Source: Squalus acanthias
Taxonomy: Eukaryota
Assembly (NCBI GenBank): GCA_030390025.1
Contig: JASTWF010000033.1
Span: 6,264,001 to 6,328,000, forward strand
Length of the DNA: 64,000 nucleotides
Direction: 5' to 3'
Position 1 is the stretch's first letter. Every line of letters begins with the position of its first letter. A program made the translations under genes and the position numbers. This document shows positions 51,484-64,000 of this stretch, piece after piece. The notes under the pieces are model-generated. The model searched no databases and was not told the DNA's origin. It was given only the letters and a program-made list of their open reading frames with translations.

Positions 51484-52391
51484 TTATTTCTGATTATTAA
51501 TGAATTGAATAATTGAGGTAAGCGGATATTTCACCGCCCTCTTCACCTGCTCTCTGAACTTGGACTGGGTCACCCCATAAATAAATGTGTTTGTGCAGCA
51601 ACTTAAATTCCGCAGCATAACTCCGACTTGTTGAAAGATATATAAAGAATCAGTGTAATCATTGGGATTTGTTCCTGTAATGTTATAATATAAGAATTCT
51701 ATAACATTCACCAGCCACAGCAGTAAGAAGCTGGCGGATAAGGTGAAGAGTAAAATCATAGACTTCCTTCTGCTCTCCATCTCTGGGTCACTGCCATTCT
51801 CTCCCTTGCTCTCACCCCTCAGTCCCTTACGGACCCGACTGGCCACTAAAATATGTTTGACTGTCAGAGCGTTGAGCAACAGGATTAAAGCAAATGGGAG
51901 CAATGGGGTTAAAACCGTGTTAAACCAGTCAAATCCCACCCACCCGGGCTCAGTATAATAGCTCGGGATTGCGAGACAGAGCCACGGCACATTGTCGATT
52001 ATCACCCAGGGTTGATATACAAAGTAGAAGGGAACGTCTTTTAAACAGTGCAGAATGCCGGTTGTTGCCAGAACCACAGCCGCAGTTTTCCCGGTGCAAT
52101 ATTTAGTTTTCAGCTTCTGGCAACAAATGGCCACAAATCGATCAAAGGTGAAAGTGACGGTGAACCAGACAGAACAGTCTGTGGCTGCACGGGTCAGGAC
52201 AAAGATAACACTACACACCGGGGTGATGGACAGGAAAGACACTGGAAAATAATGATAATTGATCAGCCTCAGTATGACCTCAGTGACAATGGTCAGGAGA
52301 TCCGCCGCTGCCATGGCCACCAGGTAGCGGGTAGTGCAGGTGGAGAGCCCGCACTTTCCCCGGGACAGGATCACAATCGCCACTAAATTCA
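51484..52391 (-). CDS. GPR139/GPR142-like class A GPCR, main coding exon (exon 1 not found in the window)
   Basis: Acceptor TTTTACAG at 52392; uninterrupted 302-codon frame with NLVAIVIL, YLVAMAAADLL, CSVWFTVTFTFDRFVAICC, PF.LILLLN and SCCTNTFIY. Confidence 0.88.
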
Positions 52392-52463
52392 CTGTAAAAC
52401 ACAGAAGGGAAAAGAGACTGGAAATTACTATCACACATTCTCCGTGTCTGAGCCCAGACAGTA

Positions 52464-52800
52464 AGGGCTGGATTTTAACACCCCAAAAACCGGCGGATTG
52501 GGGTCGGGTCTGAGGTGAAAATTGAACAATATCCTCCCGACCCCAACCCGCCTCCAACCCGCCCGCTTCCGAGTTTAAAGGAGACGGGACAGGGGGGGGG
52601 GGGGGGCGGGCGGGCAGCGAACCGCTCCCAGGAGGCGGGTTGGCAAGTTAAATATTTTAATGAGGCGGGCAGCCTCTGATTTAACTTGTTTTACAGGTTT
52701 AACTACGGCTGGCCGGGATTCCTGGGCCTAGGGAATGATTTCGCCCCTCACCCCCCAAACTCTACCCATCGCCCGAAACCCCCCATGGATAGAAACCTGG
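52464..52800. mobile_element. Harbinger-like element end within the GPCR intron
   Basis: Begins GGGCTGGATTTTAAC, followed by GC-rich ACCCGCC subterminal motifs. Confidence 0.4.
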
Positions 52801-52804
52801 GGAC

Positions 52805-54015
52805 AAGTGGATGTGGTGTATTTGGAATTTCAAAAGGCTTTCGATAAGGTCCCGCATAAGAGATTAGCAGGTAAATTTAAGGCACATGGGATTGGGGGCA
52901 AGGTATTGACTTGGAGAGAACTGGTTGGCGGATAAAAAGCAGAGAGTAGGAATTAATGAGTTTTTCTCCAAGTGGCAGGCAGTGACTAGTGGGGTGCCGC
53001 AGGGATCGGTCCTTGGACCCCAGCAATTCACAATATACATTAATGATCTGGATAAATGAACTAAATGTAATATCTCCAAGTTTGCAGATGACACAAAGCT
53101 GGATGGGCGTGTGTGCTCCGAGGAGGATACTGAGAAACTCCAGGATGATTTGGACAGGTTGGGTGAGTGGGCAGAAGCGTGGCAGATGCAATATAACGTG
53201 GATAAGTGCGAGGTTATCCACTTTGGTGTCAAAAACAGAAAGGCAAACTATTATCTGAATGGCAATAGATTGGGAGAAAGGGGAAGTGCAACGAGGCCTG
53301 GGTGTCCTTGTGCACCAGTCGCTGAAAGTAAGCATGCAGTTGCAGCAGGCGGTGAAGAAGGCAGATGGTATGTTGGCCTTCATAGCGAAAGGGTTTGAGT
53401 ATAGGAACAGGGATGTCCTGCTGCAGTTGTACAGGGCCTTGGTGAGACAACACCTTGAGTACTGTGTGCAGTTTTGGTCGCCTTATCTGAGGAAGGATGT
53501 TCTTGCCATGGAAGGAGTTCAGCGAAGATTCACAAGGCTGATACCTGGGATGGCAGGAATGACATATGAGGAGAGATTGGGTCGATTGGGCTTATACTCG
53601 CTGGAGTATAGAAGAATGAGAGGGGAACTCATCGAAAAATTTAAATTCTGACAGGTCTGGTCAAACTAGATGCAGGAAGAATGTTCCCGGTGGTCGGAGA
53701 GTCCAGAACCAGGGGTCATAATCTAAGGATAAGGGGTAAGCCATTTAGGACAGAAATGAGGAAGAATTTCTTCACCCAGAGAGGGGTGAACCTGTGGAAT
53801 TCTTTACCACAGAAGGTAGTTGAGGCCAAGTCATTAAATATGTTCAAGAATGAGTTAGATATATTTCTTAAAGCTAATGGTATCAAGGGATATGGGGAGA
53901 AGCCAGGTACAGGGTACTGAGTTTGGATTATCAGCCATGATCTCATCGAATGGAGGAGCAGGCTCGAGGGGCCGAATGGCCTACTCCTGCTCCTATCTTC
54001 TATGTTTCTATGTTC
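52805..54015 (+). mobile_element. Young 5'-truncated CR1 LINE
   Basis: Same subfamily as 24178-25920; CTATGTTT tail. Confidence 0.92.
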
Positions 54016-54056
54016 CTGTGTCCGGATCGGACATCTCCAAGACTGGGTATTGGACA

Positions 54057-64000
<9,944 letters not shown>

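Noticed and set aside
52392..52557. N-terminal 55 aa of the 357-aa GPCR ORF
   Set aside because: Lies upstream of a clear splice acceptor and runs into transposon-like sequence; it is intronic read-through.

Overview
Repeat-dense vertebrate genomic DNA, most likely from a cartilaginous fish (inferred from the CR1/HER1-type, L2 and Penelope repeats, the NLR gene type and the GPR139-like gene). The main feature is a decayed, LTR-bounded endogenous retrovirus on the minus strand (26937-39424). Its order is: coiled-coil/CCHC gag, UGA-CUAG stop, in-frame protease, YVDD RT, tether plus a second RNase H, GPY integrase, env. The env looks like a paramyxovirus-F-like fusion protein with an N-terminal Ig-like domain, i.e. 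lokiretrovirus-like. The 3' end (env and putative LTR) of a second, divergent virus of the same type lies at 1-5119 (+). Host genes are a NACHT-LRR (NLR) pseudogene (9114-17475, -) and an intact main exon of a GPR139-like GPCR (51484-52391, -). The rest is nested CR1/L2 LINEs, a Penelope-like element with a hammerhead motif, Harbinger-like remnants and four GC-rich minisatellite arrays. All calls come from manual reading; repeat boundaries are approximate.
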